DNA of 64,000 nt, taken from an uncultured Acidobacteriota bacterium. GTDB taxonomy: Bacteria > Acidobacteriota > Thermoanaerobaculia > UBA5066. Every line of letters begins with the position of its first letter. Positions within the stretch are counted from its first letter, which is position 1. The stretch is from positions 1,600,001 to 1,664,000 of the forward strand of contig CAVZYA010000001.1 of NCBI GenBank assembly GCA_963779415.1, in the 5' to 3' direction. Shown piece by piece: positions 19,239 through 29,437 of this stretch. Both the position numbers and the translations under genes were made by a program. The notes below the pieces were generated by a model that was not told where the DNA came from, did not search any database, and saw nothing but the letters and a program-made list of their open reading frames with translations.

Positions 19239-21419
19239 GTGACAGCGAGAACCGGAATCGGAGCCGTCCTCCTTGCCGCGCTCTCTCTCCTCGGAGCCGC
19301 CTGCGGAAAGGGGCACCTGCCGGAACGGAGCTGGCCCGGGTCCCCGGTCATCCTCGTCTCGATCGACACGCTCCGGTCGGACCACTTGCCGATGTACGGA
19401 GACGCGGACGTCGAGACGCCCGCCCTTTCGGCCTTCCGGAAGGAATCGATTCTCTTCGAGAAGGCCTACAGCCAGGTCCCGCTGACTCTTCCCTCGCACG
19501 GCAGCCTTCTCACGGGACACCTCCCCGCCGTCCATGGCCTCCGCGACAACCTCGGCTACCGCCTCGACCCGAAAACAGTGACGCTCGCGGAGGCACTCCG
19601 GAAGTCCGGCTACGCCACCGGCGGCGCGGTCTCGTGCATCGTTCTTTCCGGAGCGAGCGGAATAGGCCGCGGCTTCGATCTCTGGGAGGATTCGATCGAG
19701 CCGACGAAGGCCAACGAGGCGCTCAGCCGAATCCAGCGCCCGGGGGGAGAGACCGAGAGACTCCTCGAAGGCTGGATCGAAAGGCAGCCGGCGGAGAAGC
19801 CCCTTTTCGCCTTCCTTCATCTCTACGAGCCGCACACCCCCTACGAGCCTCCGGAGCCGTACGCGAGCCGGTACCGGGGCCGGGAGTACGACGGGGAGAT
19901 CGCCTTTGCCGACGAGCTGGTCGGTCGCTTTTTCGACTTCCTGAAGAAGAGGGGGCTCTACGACCGGGCGCTCGTTTTCGTTCTTTCGGACCACGGAGAG
20001 GGACTCGGCGAGCACGGCGAGGACGAGCACGGCCTCTTCCTCTACCGCTACGCGCTGCAGGTCCCGCTCATGGTGAAGCTCCCTGGAAGCGGGAACGCGG
20101 GCGCTTCCGTCGCGACGGCGGTCCCGCTGATCGACGTCTTCACGACGGTGATCCAGGCGGCAGGCGTCGCCGGCGTCGCGCCACCGCCGGGGACCGACTC
20201 GCTTCTCGACGTGGCGGCGGGACGGGCCGGGGAAGGGAGGAGGATCTTCGCCGAGACGCTCTTCCCACGGCTCCACTTCGGCTGGGCCGACACCGCGTCC
20301 CTCGTCGACGGTCCCTGGCACTACATCGAGTCGCCGAAGCCGGAACTCTACGACCTAAAGAAGGACCCCCGGGAGATCGAGAACCTCGCGGAGGGAAAGC
20401 CGCCCTCATTCCGGACGCTCCGGATCGAGATGGAGAAGCGCCGGAGTGCCTTCACCGCGCCGGGGCCCATTGACCCCGAGGAGGCGAAAAAGCTCGCGTC
20501 GCTCGGATACCTCTCGTCCGGCGTCCCCGCGGGAAGCGGCCCGCTCCCAGACGCGAAGGACGAGGTCTTCGTCATTCGCGACCTCAAGACGGGCTCGGAC
20601 CTCCTGAGAGCCGGGCGGTACCCGGAGGCCATCGTCCTCTTCCGGAAGCTCCTCGACCGGAATCCCCGGATGCTCGAGGTCTGGGATCTCTATGCCGAGG
20701 CACTCCAGAAGATGCACCGGAATGAGGAGGCTCTCGCGGCGCTGAAGCAAGCGATTGCGTCCTCGCCGGATGGAGCGACGAACTACTTCGTCGCGGTCGC
20801 GAAGTTCTGTCTGCGGCTGGGAAGGCTGGAAGAAGCCGAAAAGAACGCCGAGATCGCCCGGGGCCGCGGGGATCCGGCTGCCGATGACGTTCTCATCCGG
20901 ATCCATCTCATGAAGAAGGAGTGGCCGGTGGCCGAAGCGGAGGCGAAGGCGATGCTCGCCGCGCAGCCCAACAAGCGCCTCCCCTATCTCGCCCTCGCCC
21001 GCGTCGAGGTCGAGAGAAACAACCTCCCGACGGCACTCCAGCTCGTGGAACGGGCGCGAAATCTCGGAGGAGGCCGCGAGAGCATGGCGATCTTCAGCCT
21101 CCACTTCCTCCGGGGGGACATCCTTGCCCGGATGGGGCGTCCGGCGGAGGCCGAGCCGGAGTTCCTCGAGGAGATCCGCCTCTTCCCCGACAACCTCGAC
21201 GCCTATGCGTCCCTCGTCGCCCTCTCTGCCTCGCAGGGCCGGCTCGAAGAGGCGCGGGACGTCGTCCGACGTCTCGTGACGGCGAACCCGATGCCCGAGT
21301 CCTTCGCGCTCGGAATGAAAGCGCTCGCGGTCGTCGGGGACCGCGCCGGGGCCGAGAGTGTCCGCCGCGCCGGCGCGGCCCGCTTTCCGTCGGACCGCCG
21401 GTTCTCGGCAAAGACGTGA
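19239..21419 (+). CDS. Sulfatase-like (alkaline phosphatase superfamily) hydrolase/transferase with C-terminal TPRs, lipoprotein
   Basis: Lipobox-like GAAC, LVSIDTLRSD, TLPSH, HLYEPHTPY, SDHGE, LASLGYL, then TPR helices. Confidence 0.88.
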   Translation: MTARTGIGAVLLAALSLLGAACGKGHLPERSWPGSPVILVSIDTLRSDHLPMYGDADVETPALSAFRKESILFEKAYSQVPLTLPSHGSLLTGHLPAVHGLRDNLGYRLDPKTVTLAEALRKSGYATGGAVSCIVLSGASGIGRGFDLWEDSIEPTKANEALSRIQRPGGETERLLEGWIERQPAEKPLFAFLHLYEPHTPYEPPEPYASRYRGREYDGEIAFADELVGRFFDFLKKRGLYDRALVFVLSDHGEGLGEHGEDEHGLFLYRYALQVPLMVKLPGSGNAGASVATAVPLIDVFTTVIQAAGVAGVAPPPGTDSLLDVAAGRAGEGRRIFAETLFPRLHFGWADTASLVDGPWHYIESPKPELYDLKKDPREIENLAEGKPPSFRTLRIEMEKRRSAFTAPGPIDPEEAKKLASLGYLSSGVPAGSGPLPDAKDEVFVIRDLKTGSDLLRAGRYPEAIVLFRKLLDRNPRMLEVWDLYAEALQKMHRNEEALAALKQAIASSPDGATNYFVAVAKFCLRLGRLEEAEKNAEIARGRGDPAADDVLIRIHLMKKEWPVAEAEAKAMLAAQPNKRLPYLALARVEVERNNLPTALQLVERARNLGGGRESMAIFSLHFLRGDILARMGRPAEAEPEFLEEIRLFPDNLDAYASLVALSASQGRLEEARDVVRRLVTANPMPESFALGMKALAVVGDRAGAESVRRAGAARFPSDRRFSAKT

Positions 21420-21474
21420 GCGGCCTCTTTTCCGTGGCCGTCCGAAGGAGTAGCGTAGCCTTCAGAGAAGGCTG

Positions 21475-23670
21475 ATGACGGAACACGAACGCTTCAAGGT
21501 CGCGATTCTCCTCGGCGCTCTCCTGCCGGGTCTCATCGGCGCGCAGACGCCGTCCGCCCCTCCCGATCGAAAAGGCGCCGTCCAGACCTCCGCGGACGTC
21601 ACGGTCGTCGAGATCCCCGTCTATGTCGCCGGGAGCAACGGCCGGCCCGTCCGGGGCCTGACGAAGGCCGACTTCGAGCTCTACGACGAAGGGAAGCGCG
21701 TCGACGGCTTCGATCTGGACGTCATCGACCTCGAGGACTTCACGAAGCAGACGGTGACCCCCGACATCCCGCTCCCCCCGGCGGCGCAGCGCCACTTTTT
21801 CTTCCTCTTCGACCTCACGTTCGGCCAGCCGATCAACGTCGCCCGGGCGCGTCATGCGGCCGTCAACTTCGTCCAGAACACGATGAAGAACGGCGACCTC
21901 GGGGCCGTCGCGACCGTCGACGTCGAGAAGGGGATCAAGTTCGTCCTCGCCTTCACCGCCGACCGCGACCAGCTCTCCGCGGCCCTCTCCTCGCTCTCGC
22001 TTCCGAGCCTCCTCCCGGCGACGGCTGACCCCCTGGCCCTGACGATCTTCGACCCGTCGGGCAACGCCTCCGTCTCGGGGGGCTCCACGGCGGAATCGGG
22101 GCAGACGGCGAACGACGCCGAGTGGGCCGACATCCTTGCGTCGATCAAGAGGGCGTCGGACAAGAACTTCGACGCCTATTCGTCGGGGCGCATTCAGGCC
22201 CTCTCGAAGGAGCTTTCCGGCCTCGCCCGGATGCTCAGCTCGATTCACGGGCGGAAGAACGTCGTCTACTTCTCGGAAGGGTTCGACCAGAAGCTCCTTT
22301 CCGGCGTCACCGGAGAGATGTCCGGACGGACCGTGGGAGACCAGATCGTCTACGGCGCACACCAGTACGTCGATACGACCGACCAGTTCGGGCGGAGCGA
22401 GCTTCGCTCGGCTCTCGAGGAGATGTACCAGGTCTTCAAGCGGTCCGACTGCGCCATCTACACGGTCGACATCGCCGGCCTCGCGCCGCAGGCCGCCGCG
22501 AGCGTCGAGGGGATCTCGCCGACCGACCGGGGCGCCTCCACGGCGAGGCTCGGGAGCCGCGGCCGGGGTCAGGACTCGCTGTATGCATTCGCGGCAGAGA
22601 CCGGGGGGCAGTTCTTCAAGAACTCGAACGACCTCGGCGAGCACCTCGAAAAGCTCCAGGAGCAGACGGCGCTGGTCTACCTCCTGACCTACTCGCCGGG
22701 CGATCTCCGGGAGCCGGGACGATTCCATAGCCTGAAGGTCAAGGTGAAGTCGTCCGGCGCGCAGGTCTCGTCCCGGCCCGGCTACTACGAACCCAGAGCC
22801 TGGTCGAAGCTGACGCCGGGTGAGCGGCGTCTCCTCGCCGCCCAGCAGATCACTTACGGTCTCCCCCGGACCGATATCGCGGCCCGGGCCATCGCGACGC
22901 CGCTCCTGGCCGGAGACCGGGACGGCGCCCGCGTCCCCGTGATCCTCGAGATTCCCGGCGACACCCTCGTCAGGCAAGCGCTCGGTGACAAGCTGAATCT
23001 CGAGATCTACGCCTATGCGAGCGACCAGAGGCTCCGGACGAAGGGATTCTTCTCGCAATCGATCGGCCTCGACCTCGCCCGCATCGGGCCGCAGCTTTCC
23101 GCCTCGGGGCTGAAGTTCTACGGCGAGATGTACCTCCCCCCCGGAATGTACTGGCTGAAAGTCCTCATCCGGATTGCGGAAACCGGCCGGAGCGGCCTGA
23201 TCATCGTCCCCGTGACGGTCCCCTCGCACGAGAACCGCCAGCTCTTCACGGTCGGCCCCCTCTTCCATGAGACGGCCGGAAACTGGCTGATGGTCAAGGC
23301 GCGGGCAAAGCCGGGAAGCCCGGCTGCCGGCTCCTATCCGTTCATCTCGCGGGGCACCTCCTTCATCCCCGCGGCGGACCCGGTTCTCGACCGCACAGGA
23401 GAGTCCGCACTGTCGCTCTATGTCTACAACGCACCGGCCGGAGACGAATTCGACGTACGGGGCGAGGTCCGTGGAAAGACAGGCGTGAGGCTCGGCCCCG
23501 CGGCGATCTCGAAGGTCTCCTCCTCGCGCGACGCCGGCGGCCCCCTGAACCTTCTCTGCTCCTTCCGGCCTGAGAAGCTGGAGAAAGGAAGCTATACCCT
23601 CTGGGTCGGCATCAAGGATCGCGCCACGGGCACAGAGGGAGAATCACTCGGATTTTTCGAGGTGCGCTGA
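21475..23670 (+). CDS. Acidobacterial VWA-domain protein, secreted
   Basis: VVEIPVYV...GRPVRGLTKADFELYDEG, FLFDLT, GRKNVVYFSEG, AAETGG, YLLTYSP..GRFHSLKVKV..RPGYY, then beta-rich C-terminal domains. Confidence 0.85.
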   Translation: MTEHERFKVAILLGALLPGLIGAQTPSAPPDRKGAVQTSADVTVVEIPVYVAGSNGRPVRGLTKADFELYDEGKRVDGFDLDVIDLEDFTKQTVTPDIPLPPAAQRHFFFLFDLTFGQPINVARARHAAVNFVQNTMKNGDLGAVATVDVEKGIKFVLAFTADRDQLSAALSSLSLPSLLPATADPLALTIFDPSGNASVSGGSTAESGQTANDAEWADILASIKRASDKNFDAYSSGRIQALSKELSGLARMLSSIHGRKNVVYFSEGFDQKLLSGVTGEMSGRTVGDQIVYGAHQYVDTTDQFGRSELRSALEEMYQVFKRSDCAIYTVDIAGLAPQAAASVEGISPTDRGASTARLGSRGRGQDSLYAFAAETGGQFFKNSNDLGEHLEKLQEQTALVYLLTYSPGDLREPGRFHSLKVKVKSSGAQVSSRPGYYEPRAWSKLTPGERRLLAAQQITYGLPRTDIAARAIATPLLAGDRDGARVPVILEIPGDTLVRQALGDKLNLEIYAYASDQRLRTKGFFSQSIGLDLARIGPQLSASGLKFYGEMYLPPGMYWLKVLIRIAETGRSGLIIVPVTVPSHENRQLFTVGPLFHETAGNWLMVKARAKPGSPAAGSYPFISRGTSFIPAADPVLDRTGESALSLYVYNAPAGDEFDVRGEVRGKTGVRLGPAAISKVSSSRDAGGPLNLLCSFRPEKLEKGSYTLWVGIKDRATGTEGESLGFFEVR

Positions 23671-23722
23671 GGCGCCCCTCTTCCGCGCCGGCGGCCCGAA
23701 CGCCCGCGCCAGGAGCCAGACT

Positions 23723-24685
23723 ATGAGACGTCGCATCCGACGCACCACCGTCCTTCTCGCTCTCGCTGCGGCCCTTCTCGCGCTTCCGGCCTCCTCTCAG
23801 GACTGGAAGGGACGGGGGCGGCTCGAGGGGCGGGTGACCGACATGGACGGGAAGCCGATCGAAGGGGCCAAGATCCGGATCAGCCTTCCGGACCACCCGG
23901 AACAGGGAGCCGACACCAAGACGGACGCCAAGGGGCGCTGGGCCTACATGGGCCTCCGGGGCGGCGAGTGGAAGGTCACGATCGAGGCGCCGGGATACAT
24001 CACCGGGGAGACCGTTCTCAGCGTCAGCGAGGTCATGCGCGGTAATCCCGCCAACTATTCGATGAAACCGGTGCCGAAAGAGGTTCCGGCGGCGGCGGGA
24101 GGCCTCGCTCCCGAGATCGCCGAGGCGCTCAAGGCCGGAAACGCCGCGCTGGAGGAGAAGCGCTGGGCCGACGCGAGCGCGGCCTTCGAGAAGGTCCTCG
24201 TCGTGGCCCCCGACAACGTGGGTCTGCTGATGGCGCTGGCTCGCTCCTACTCCGGAGAAGGGAAGAACGAGAAAGCCATCGAGATGCTTGAGAAGGTGAC
24301 CCAGAAGGATTCGTCGAACTGGGGCGCCTGGCTCCTCGAAGCGAACATGCTCCTGGACAAGGGAAGGCTCGACGAAGGGCGGGCGGCTCTGGAACACGTG
24401 CCGGCGCAATCCGTCACCGACCCGAACATCTTCATCAACGTCGGCGTCCTCTTCATGAACCAGAAGAAGAACGACGAGGCGGAGACGTACTTCTCGAAGG
24501 CCATCGACATCGCCCCCGGCCAGTTCGACGGTTACTACTACCGCGGCCTCGCTCGAATCGGCCTCAAGAACTACGACGGTGCCCGGGCGGACCTCTCGAA
24601 GGTGGTAGAGCTCGCCCCGAAGGACGCCAGCGAGGCCAAGGAGGCCGAGCAACTCCTCGAGGCGCTCAAGGGCTCGAAGAAATAG
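23723..24685 (+). CDS. Secreted carboxypeptidase-regulatory-like + TPR protein
   Basis: Signal peptide, GRVTDMDGKPIEGAKI..TKTDAKGRW..GEWKVTIEAPGY, then several TPRs. Confidence 0.85.
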   Translation: MRRRIRRTTVLLALAAALLALPASSQDWKGRGRLEGRVTDMDGKPIEGAKIRISLPDHPEQGADTKTDAKGRWAYMGLRGGEWKVTIEAPGYITGETVLSVSEVMRGNPANYSMKPVPKEVPAAAGGLAPEIAEALKAGNAALEEKRWADASAAFEKVLVVAPDNVGLLMALARSYSGEGKNEKAIEMLEKVTQKDSSNWGAWLLEANMLLDKGRLDEGRAALEHVPAQSVTDPNIFINVGVLFMNQKKNDEAETYFSKAIDIAPGQFDGYYYRGLARIGLKNYDGARADLSKVVELAPKDASEAKEAEQLLEALKGSKK

Positions 24686-24695
24686 GGAGCGCGCG

Positions 24696-26804
24696 ATTCG
24701 GTACTCGCGCCCCGCCGCTGCGCTCGGTGCAGCGCTCCTGATCCTCGCCGGCTGTCGGCGGGAAGAGGCGCCTGCGCGCCCGGCTGCCGCGGGCCTCGAC
24801 GTCGTCCTCATCACGGTCGACACGTGGCGTGCCGACGCTGCCGGCTTCGCGGGATCGACGCGCGTCCGGACTCCCGCCTTCGACCGGCTGGCCGCCGCCG
24901 GACGGGTCTTCACGAACGCGCGCGCCCACAACGTCATCACGCTCCCGTCGCACGCCAACATCCTGACCGGGCTCTTCCCCTTCCAGCACGGCATCCGCGA
25001 CAACTCGGGGTTCCGCCTCGGAGCCGACGTCCCGACCCTCGCGACGCGCCTCTCGGCACGCGGGTACGCCGCCGGGGCCTTCGTCTCGGCCTTCCCGCTC
25101 GATGCGCGGTGGGGCCTCGCGCGCGGCTTCGCCGTCTACGACGACCGGGTGGGCCAGGGATCCGACACCGGAAGCTTCCAGTTCCCGGAGCGTCCCGGAA
25201 CGGAGACGGTCGCGAAGGCGCTTGCCTGGTGGAGGACTCAGCCGCCCGGGAAGCGGTTTCTCTGGGTCCACGTCTTCGAGCCGCACGCCCCGTACATGCC
25301 TCCTCCCCCATTTGACGCCGAATACCGGGATGCGCCCTATCTTGGCGAGGTGGCCGCGGCCGACGCCGCGCTCGCCCCTCTTCTCGACGAGATTCTTTCC
25401 GCCCCCGCCGGCTCCGTCCTCGCATTCCTCACGGGTGACCACGGCGAATCCCTCGGCGAGCACGGCGAGGAGACCCACGGCCTCTTCGCCTACGACGCGA
25501 CGCTGAAGATCCCGCTCGTCGCCTTCGGACCACGCATTGCGGCGGGACGCGACGCCCGCCCCGTCGGGCACGTCGACATCGTCCCGACCGTTCTCGACGC
25601 GATCGGGGCGCCTTCCGATCCCGCGCTCCCCGGGCGCTCGCTGATCGGGCCGGACGAGACCGGCCGAACTCTCTACTTCGAAGCGCTCTCCGCGAGCTTC
25701 AACCGGGGCTGGGCGCCTCTCACGGGAGTCCTGCGCGGCGGACTCAAGTACATCGACCTGCCGATCCGCGAGCTGTACGACCTCCCCTCGGACCCGAAGG
25801 AAGCGGTGAATCTCGCCGCGGCACGCGATGCGGATCTTCGCGCTCTCGCACGCGTTCTCCCGCCGGAGGCCAAGCAGCCGCCCCGCCCCGGCACCCCGTC
25901 CGCGGAGGAGATCGCGAAGCTGCGCGCCCTCGGCTACGTCGCCTCAGCGACCCGCCCTGCGGCGCGCGCGACGTACACGGAGGCCGACGACCCGAAGCGG
26001 CTCATCGGCATCGACCAGGCGATCCACCGGATGATCGACCACTACCAGCGCGGACGAATGGCGGAGGCCATCGCCGAGGCCGAGCACCTCGTCGCACGGC
26101 ACCCGCGCCTCGGGGTCTGCGTCGAGCAGCTTGCGTTTCTCTACCAGCAGGCGAACCGCCTGCCGGACGCCGCGCGCGTCCTGAGAGCATTTTTCGAAGG
26201 GCCGGGGAAGGAAGGCGCCGCGCCGGAAGCGCTTCGTGCCCGGTACGGCATGGTCCTCTCGGAGATGGGCCGTCCGAAGGAGGCCGTCCGCGTCCTTTCT
26301 CCTCTTTCGGCGAGCACCGACCCGGACTCCCTCGACGCCCTCGGCATCGCCCTCGCGGATGCCGGCGACTTCGCGGCCGCTCGCGACTCGTTCGGCCGGG
26401 CGCTCGTGCTCGACCCCAAGGATCCAAGAGCGCTCGAGAGTCTCGGTGTCGTCGCCCTCCGCGAGAAGAAATACGAGGAGGCGCGGGCGACGTTCCAGAA
26501 GGCCCTCGACGTGAACCCGAAGCTCCCCGGCTCTCTCAACGGGCTCGGAGCCGCCGAGGACGCGCTCGGGAATCTCGACGCCGCCCTCGCGGCGTGGAAC
26601 GCGGCGCTGGCCGTGAACCCCAACGACCTCGACGCGCTCTTCAACCTCGGGACGACGGCAGCGCGGGCCGGCCGGCCGGAGGGGGCCCCCGCCCTGTCGC
26701 GCTATCTCGCCATCGCAGCGCCGGCGCGCTTTCCCCGCGAGCGCGCCGAGGCCGAGGCGCTCCTCCGTTCCCTCGCGTCCGCGCCCCGGCCATTGGCCCG
26801 ATAA
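24696..26804 (+). CDS. Sulfatase-like/TPR lipoprotein (second paralog); probable ATT start
   Basis: The frame of ORF 25149 is open upstream through LITVDTWRAD and TLPSHANILTG to a lipoprotein signal (ILAGC). AGGGAG + 6 nt + ATT at 24696. Confidence 0.8.
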   Translation: MRYSRPAAALGAALLILAGCRREEAPARPAAAGLDVVLITVDTWRADAAGFAGSTRVRTPAFDRLAAAGRVFTNARAHNVITLPSHANILTGLFPFQHGIRDNSGFRLGADVPTLATRLSARGYAAGAFVSAFPLDARWGLARGFAVYDDRVGQGSDTGSFQFPERPGTETVAKALAWWRTQPPGKRFLWVHVFEPHAPYMPPPPFDAEYRDAPYLGEVAAADAALAPLLDEILSAPAGSVLAFLTGDHGESLGEHGEETHGLFAYDATLKIPLVAFGPRIAAGRDARPVGHVDIVPTVLDAIGAPSDPALPGRSLIGPDETGRTLYFEALSASFNRGWAPLTGVLRGGLKYIDLPIRELYDLPSDPKEAVNLAAARDADLRALARVLPPEAKQPPRPGTPSAEEIAKLRALGYVASATRPAARATYTEADDPKRLIGIDQAIHRMIDHYQRGRMAEAIAEAEHLVARHPRLGVCVEQLAFLYQQANRLPDAARVLRAFFEGPGKEGAAPEALRARYGMVLSEMGRPKEAVRVLSPLSASTDPDSLDALGIALADAGDFAAARDSFGRALVLDPKDPRALESLGVVALREKKYEEARATFQKALDVNPKLPGSLNGLGAAEDALGNLDAALAAWNAALAVNPNDLDALFNLGTTAARAGRPEGAPALSRYLAIAAPARFPRERAEAEALLRSLASAPRPLAR

Positions 26805-26813
26805 TCCGCGCCG

Positions 26814-29018
26814 ATGAAGATCCGGGGACTCCTCGCGCTCGTCGTCCTCCTCGTCGCGGCACCAGGCTGCCGGAAACGCGCCGGAAGCACGCGGTATCCG
26901 AACGCTCCCGTCGTGATCGTCTCGATCGACACGCTCCGGTCCGATCACCTTCCCGTGTACGGCTACCGGAACGTGGAGACCCCGGCGATCGACGCGTTCC
27001 GGCGTGAGGCCATTCTCTACGAGCGGGCTTACTCGCACGTGCCGCTCACGCTTCCCTCGCACGCCACGATCTTCACCGGCCTCCTTCCCGCCCAGCACGG
27101 CCTCCACGACAACCTCGGCTACACGCTCGCCCCGTCGGCGGAGACGCTCGCCTCCCGGTTGAAGAAGGCCGGCTACCGGACGGGCGGCGCCGTGTCGGCC
27201 GTCGTCCTCTCGCATCTCTCGGGAATCTCGCGCGGTTTCGACTTCTATGACGACGCGGTCGAAGTCACGGAAGGGCGCAAGATCCTCTCGTATGTGCGGC
27301 GGCACGGCGCCGCGACGGCGGCGTCGCTGGAGAGCTGGATCACCGACGCGGGTGTGGAGCGTCCGCTCTTCGCCTTTCTGCACCTCTACGAACCGCACGC
27401 CCCGCACGAGCCTCCCGAGCCCTGGAAGAGTCGCTTCGCCAATCCGTACGACGGCGAGATCGCGACGGCGGACGCGATCGTTGGCGACTTCTTCGGCTTC
27501 CTGAAGAGGAACGGCCTCTACGACCGCTCCCTCATCCTCGTCCTGTCGGATCATGGCGAGGGACTGGGCGACCATGGCGAGGCGGAGCACGGCATCTTCC
27601 TCTATCGCGAGGCGCTCCAGGTCCCGCTCCTCGTCAAGCTTCCGGGCGGCGCGCACGGGGGTGAGTCCGTCTCGACCCCCGTCGGTCTCGCGGACGTCCT
27701 TCCCGGCGTCCTCTCGCTCACGGGGGTCCCGCTTCCCGCAGGGTTGTCTCTCCAGGGCCGTCCTTTTCCGATTCCAGGCGATCCAGAGCCGCCGGCCCGG
27801 CGCCTCTTCGCCGAGTCGTATTACCCGCGGATCCATTTCGGCTGGAGCGATCTCGCGTCGCTCACGGACGGACACCTCCATTACATAAAGGCGCCACGCC
27901 CCGAGTTCTACGACCTCGAAACGGACCCCGGCGAGAAGACGGATCTCGCGGCCGAAAAGCCGGAAGGCCTCCGTTCGATGAAGATCGAGATCGAGAAGAT
28001 TCCGGCGGTCTTCGACCGGCCGCGGGACGTCGACCCCGAGCAGGCGAAGAAGCTCGCCTCCCTCGGCTACCTGACGGGAGGTGCGGCCCAGACGGCCGGG
28101 CCGCTCCCCGACCCGAAGGACGGCATCGCGACCCTCGCGGCGCTCGGGGAGGGCTTCGCCGCGCTCAAGGCGGGCCGGTACGAGGAAGCGGCCACGACAT
28201 TTCGGCGGCTCCTGAACGCGAATCCCCGGATGCAGGACGTCTGGGACGCCGAGTCGCGCGCCCTCTTCCGCCTGGGGCGCTACGACGAGGCGCTCGCGGC
28301 GCTCAAGAAGGGGGCGGAGCTTTCCCCGTCGAGCGCCGCCTATTTCTTCATCTCGATCGCGAATGCCTGCCTCGTCCTCGGCCGGGTCGACGACGCCAAG
28401 GCGCACGCGGAGATCGCCCTGTCCCGCGGTGACCCTTCCGCTCACGAGATCCTCGCCCGCGTCGCGCTCGCGAAGGGCGACGTCGCGACCGCCGAGAAGG
28501 AGGCTCGCGAAGCGGTTGCGGCCTTCCCCCGCTCCCGTCTTCCGATCCTCGCCCTCGCGCGTGTCGAGATCGCCCGGGGGAATTTTCCGGCCGCACTCGC
28601 CCGCGTCGACGAGGCGGAGAAGATGACGGCGGCGTTCTCTCTCGAGCCGATCGAGTCTCTCGACTTCCTGAGAGGCGAGATCTTCGCCCGGATGAGCCGC
28701 CCCGAGGAGGCCGAGAGGGAGTTCAAGGCGGAACTCCGGGCCTTTCCGCAGAACGCCGACGCGCAGGCATCTCTCGCACTCCTCTACGCGGCGTGGGGAC
28801 GGAAGGCGGACGCTCGCCGGGTCCTCGGCGAGCTTGTCTCCGGGAATCCAAGCGCCAATCTGCTCCTGACCGCTGCGCAAGTCTCGACGATTCTCGGCGA
28901 CACCGCCGAGGCGTCCGTCTACCGGAAACGGGCCGCGGCGAAATCCGCTTCTTCCGTCGGTCCTCCTCGGGCACGAGGCGCCGACAGAGGTCGCCCCGCT
29001 CCCATCCCGTCCCGCTGA
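26814..29018 (+). CDS. Sulfatase-like/TPR lipoprotein (third paralog)
   Basis: Signal ending APGC, VSIDTLRSD, TLPSH, HLYEPH, SDHGE, TPRs. Confidence 0.88.
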   Translation: MKIRGLLALVVLLVAAPGCRKRAGSTRYPNAPVVIVSIDTLRSDHLPVYGYRNVETPAIDAFRREAILYERAYSHVPLTLPSHATIFTGLLPAQHGLHDNLGYTLAPSAETLASRLKKAGYRTGGAVSAVVLSHLSGISRGFDFYDDAVEVTEGRKILSYVRRHGAATAASLESWITDAGVERPLFAFLHLYEPHAPHEPPEPWKSRFANPYDGEIATADAIVGDFFGFLKRNGLYDRSLILVLSDHGEGLGDHGEAEHGIFLYREALQVPLLVKLPGGAHGGESVSTPVGLADVLPGVLSLTGVPLPAGLSLQGRPFPIPGDPEPPARRLFAESYYPRIHFGWSDLASLTDGHLHYIKAPRPEFYDLETDPGEKTDLAAEKPEGLRSMKIEIEKIPAVFDRPRDVDPEQAKKLASLGYLTGGAAQTAGPLPDPKDGIATLAALGEGFAALKAGRYEEAATTFRRLLNANPRMQDVWDAESRALFRLGRYDEALAALKKGAELSPSSAAYFFISIANACLVLGRVDDAKAHAEIALSRGDPSAHEILARVALAKGDVATAEKEAREAVAAFPRSRLPILALARVEIARGNFPAALARVDEAEKMTAAFSLEPIESLDFLRGEIFARMSRPEEAEREFKAELRAFPQNADAQASLALLYAAWGRKADARRVLGELVSGNPSANLLLTAAQVSTILGDTAEASVYRKRAAAKSASSVGPPRARGADRGRPAPIPSR

Positions 29019-29234
29019 TCCGGGGGGTCTCGCCGGGGGGTCCGGCATCGCGCTTCCCGAATAAGAATCCACTTTGTTGAATCGAGAAACGGTCTCAAGC
29101 TCGTCTCCCGAGGAAGCCTACCTGATGCAGCGGGCCGCGGCGGCGGCAATCCACTGATTTCACGTCGTTTCCCATTGAAGAGAGGCCGGCCGAGCCGGGC
29201 CGTCGAAATCTGTCACGACCGGCTGAGTTCTTGC

Positions 29235-29263
29235 TTGAGTATGGCCAGAAATCGGTCTAGGCT
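29235..29263 (+). promoter_or_regulatory. Sigma70-type promoter of TBDR2
   Basis: TTGAGT, 17 nt, TAGGCT. Preceded by GAGTTCTTGC as in copy 1. Confidence 0.7.
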
Positions 29264-29269
29264 TCAGAG

Positions 29270-29437
29270 AAATCGATTGAGTGTTCTTTCCCAAGGGGGA
29301 GTGGCTTGAAGGTTCGCATTGAGCGTCGTCGCTCTTTTCGTTCGGGAGGTACGAGGCAGATATCGGTGAGTCGGGGTGCAGGTGACTACTGGGTTTTCGT
29401 CTCCCACTTCGAAAAATCTGAAAGAAAGGCAGGTCAT
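29270..29437 (+). ncRNA. Candidate structured 5' leader of TBDR2
   Basis: GAGCG-TCGT-CGCTC hairpin, GAGGCAGATATCGGT block and AAAGAAAGGCAGGTC before ATG, all shared with copy 1. Confidence 0.4.

Larger units (their letters stand above)
15794..21419 (+). repeat. Copy 1 of a diverged ~5.7-kb duplicated module (intergenic region + TBDR + sulfatase-TPR)
   Basis: Collinear similarity with 29004-34735, beginning at the identical 15-mer ATCCCGTCCCGCTGA. Confidence 0.8.

Noticed and set aside
25944-29072. 1042-aa minus-strand ORF (also 16124-18184, 21094-23268, 23612-25003)
   Set aside because: Antisense to well-supported plus-strand genes, with Arg/Gly/Pro-rich shadow composition.
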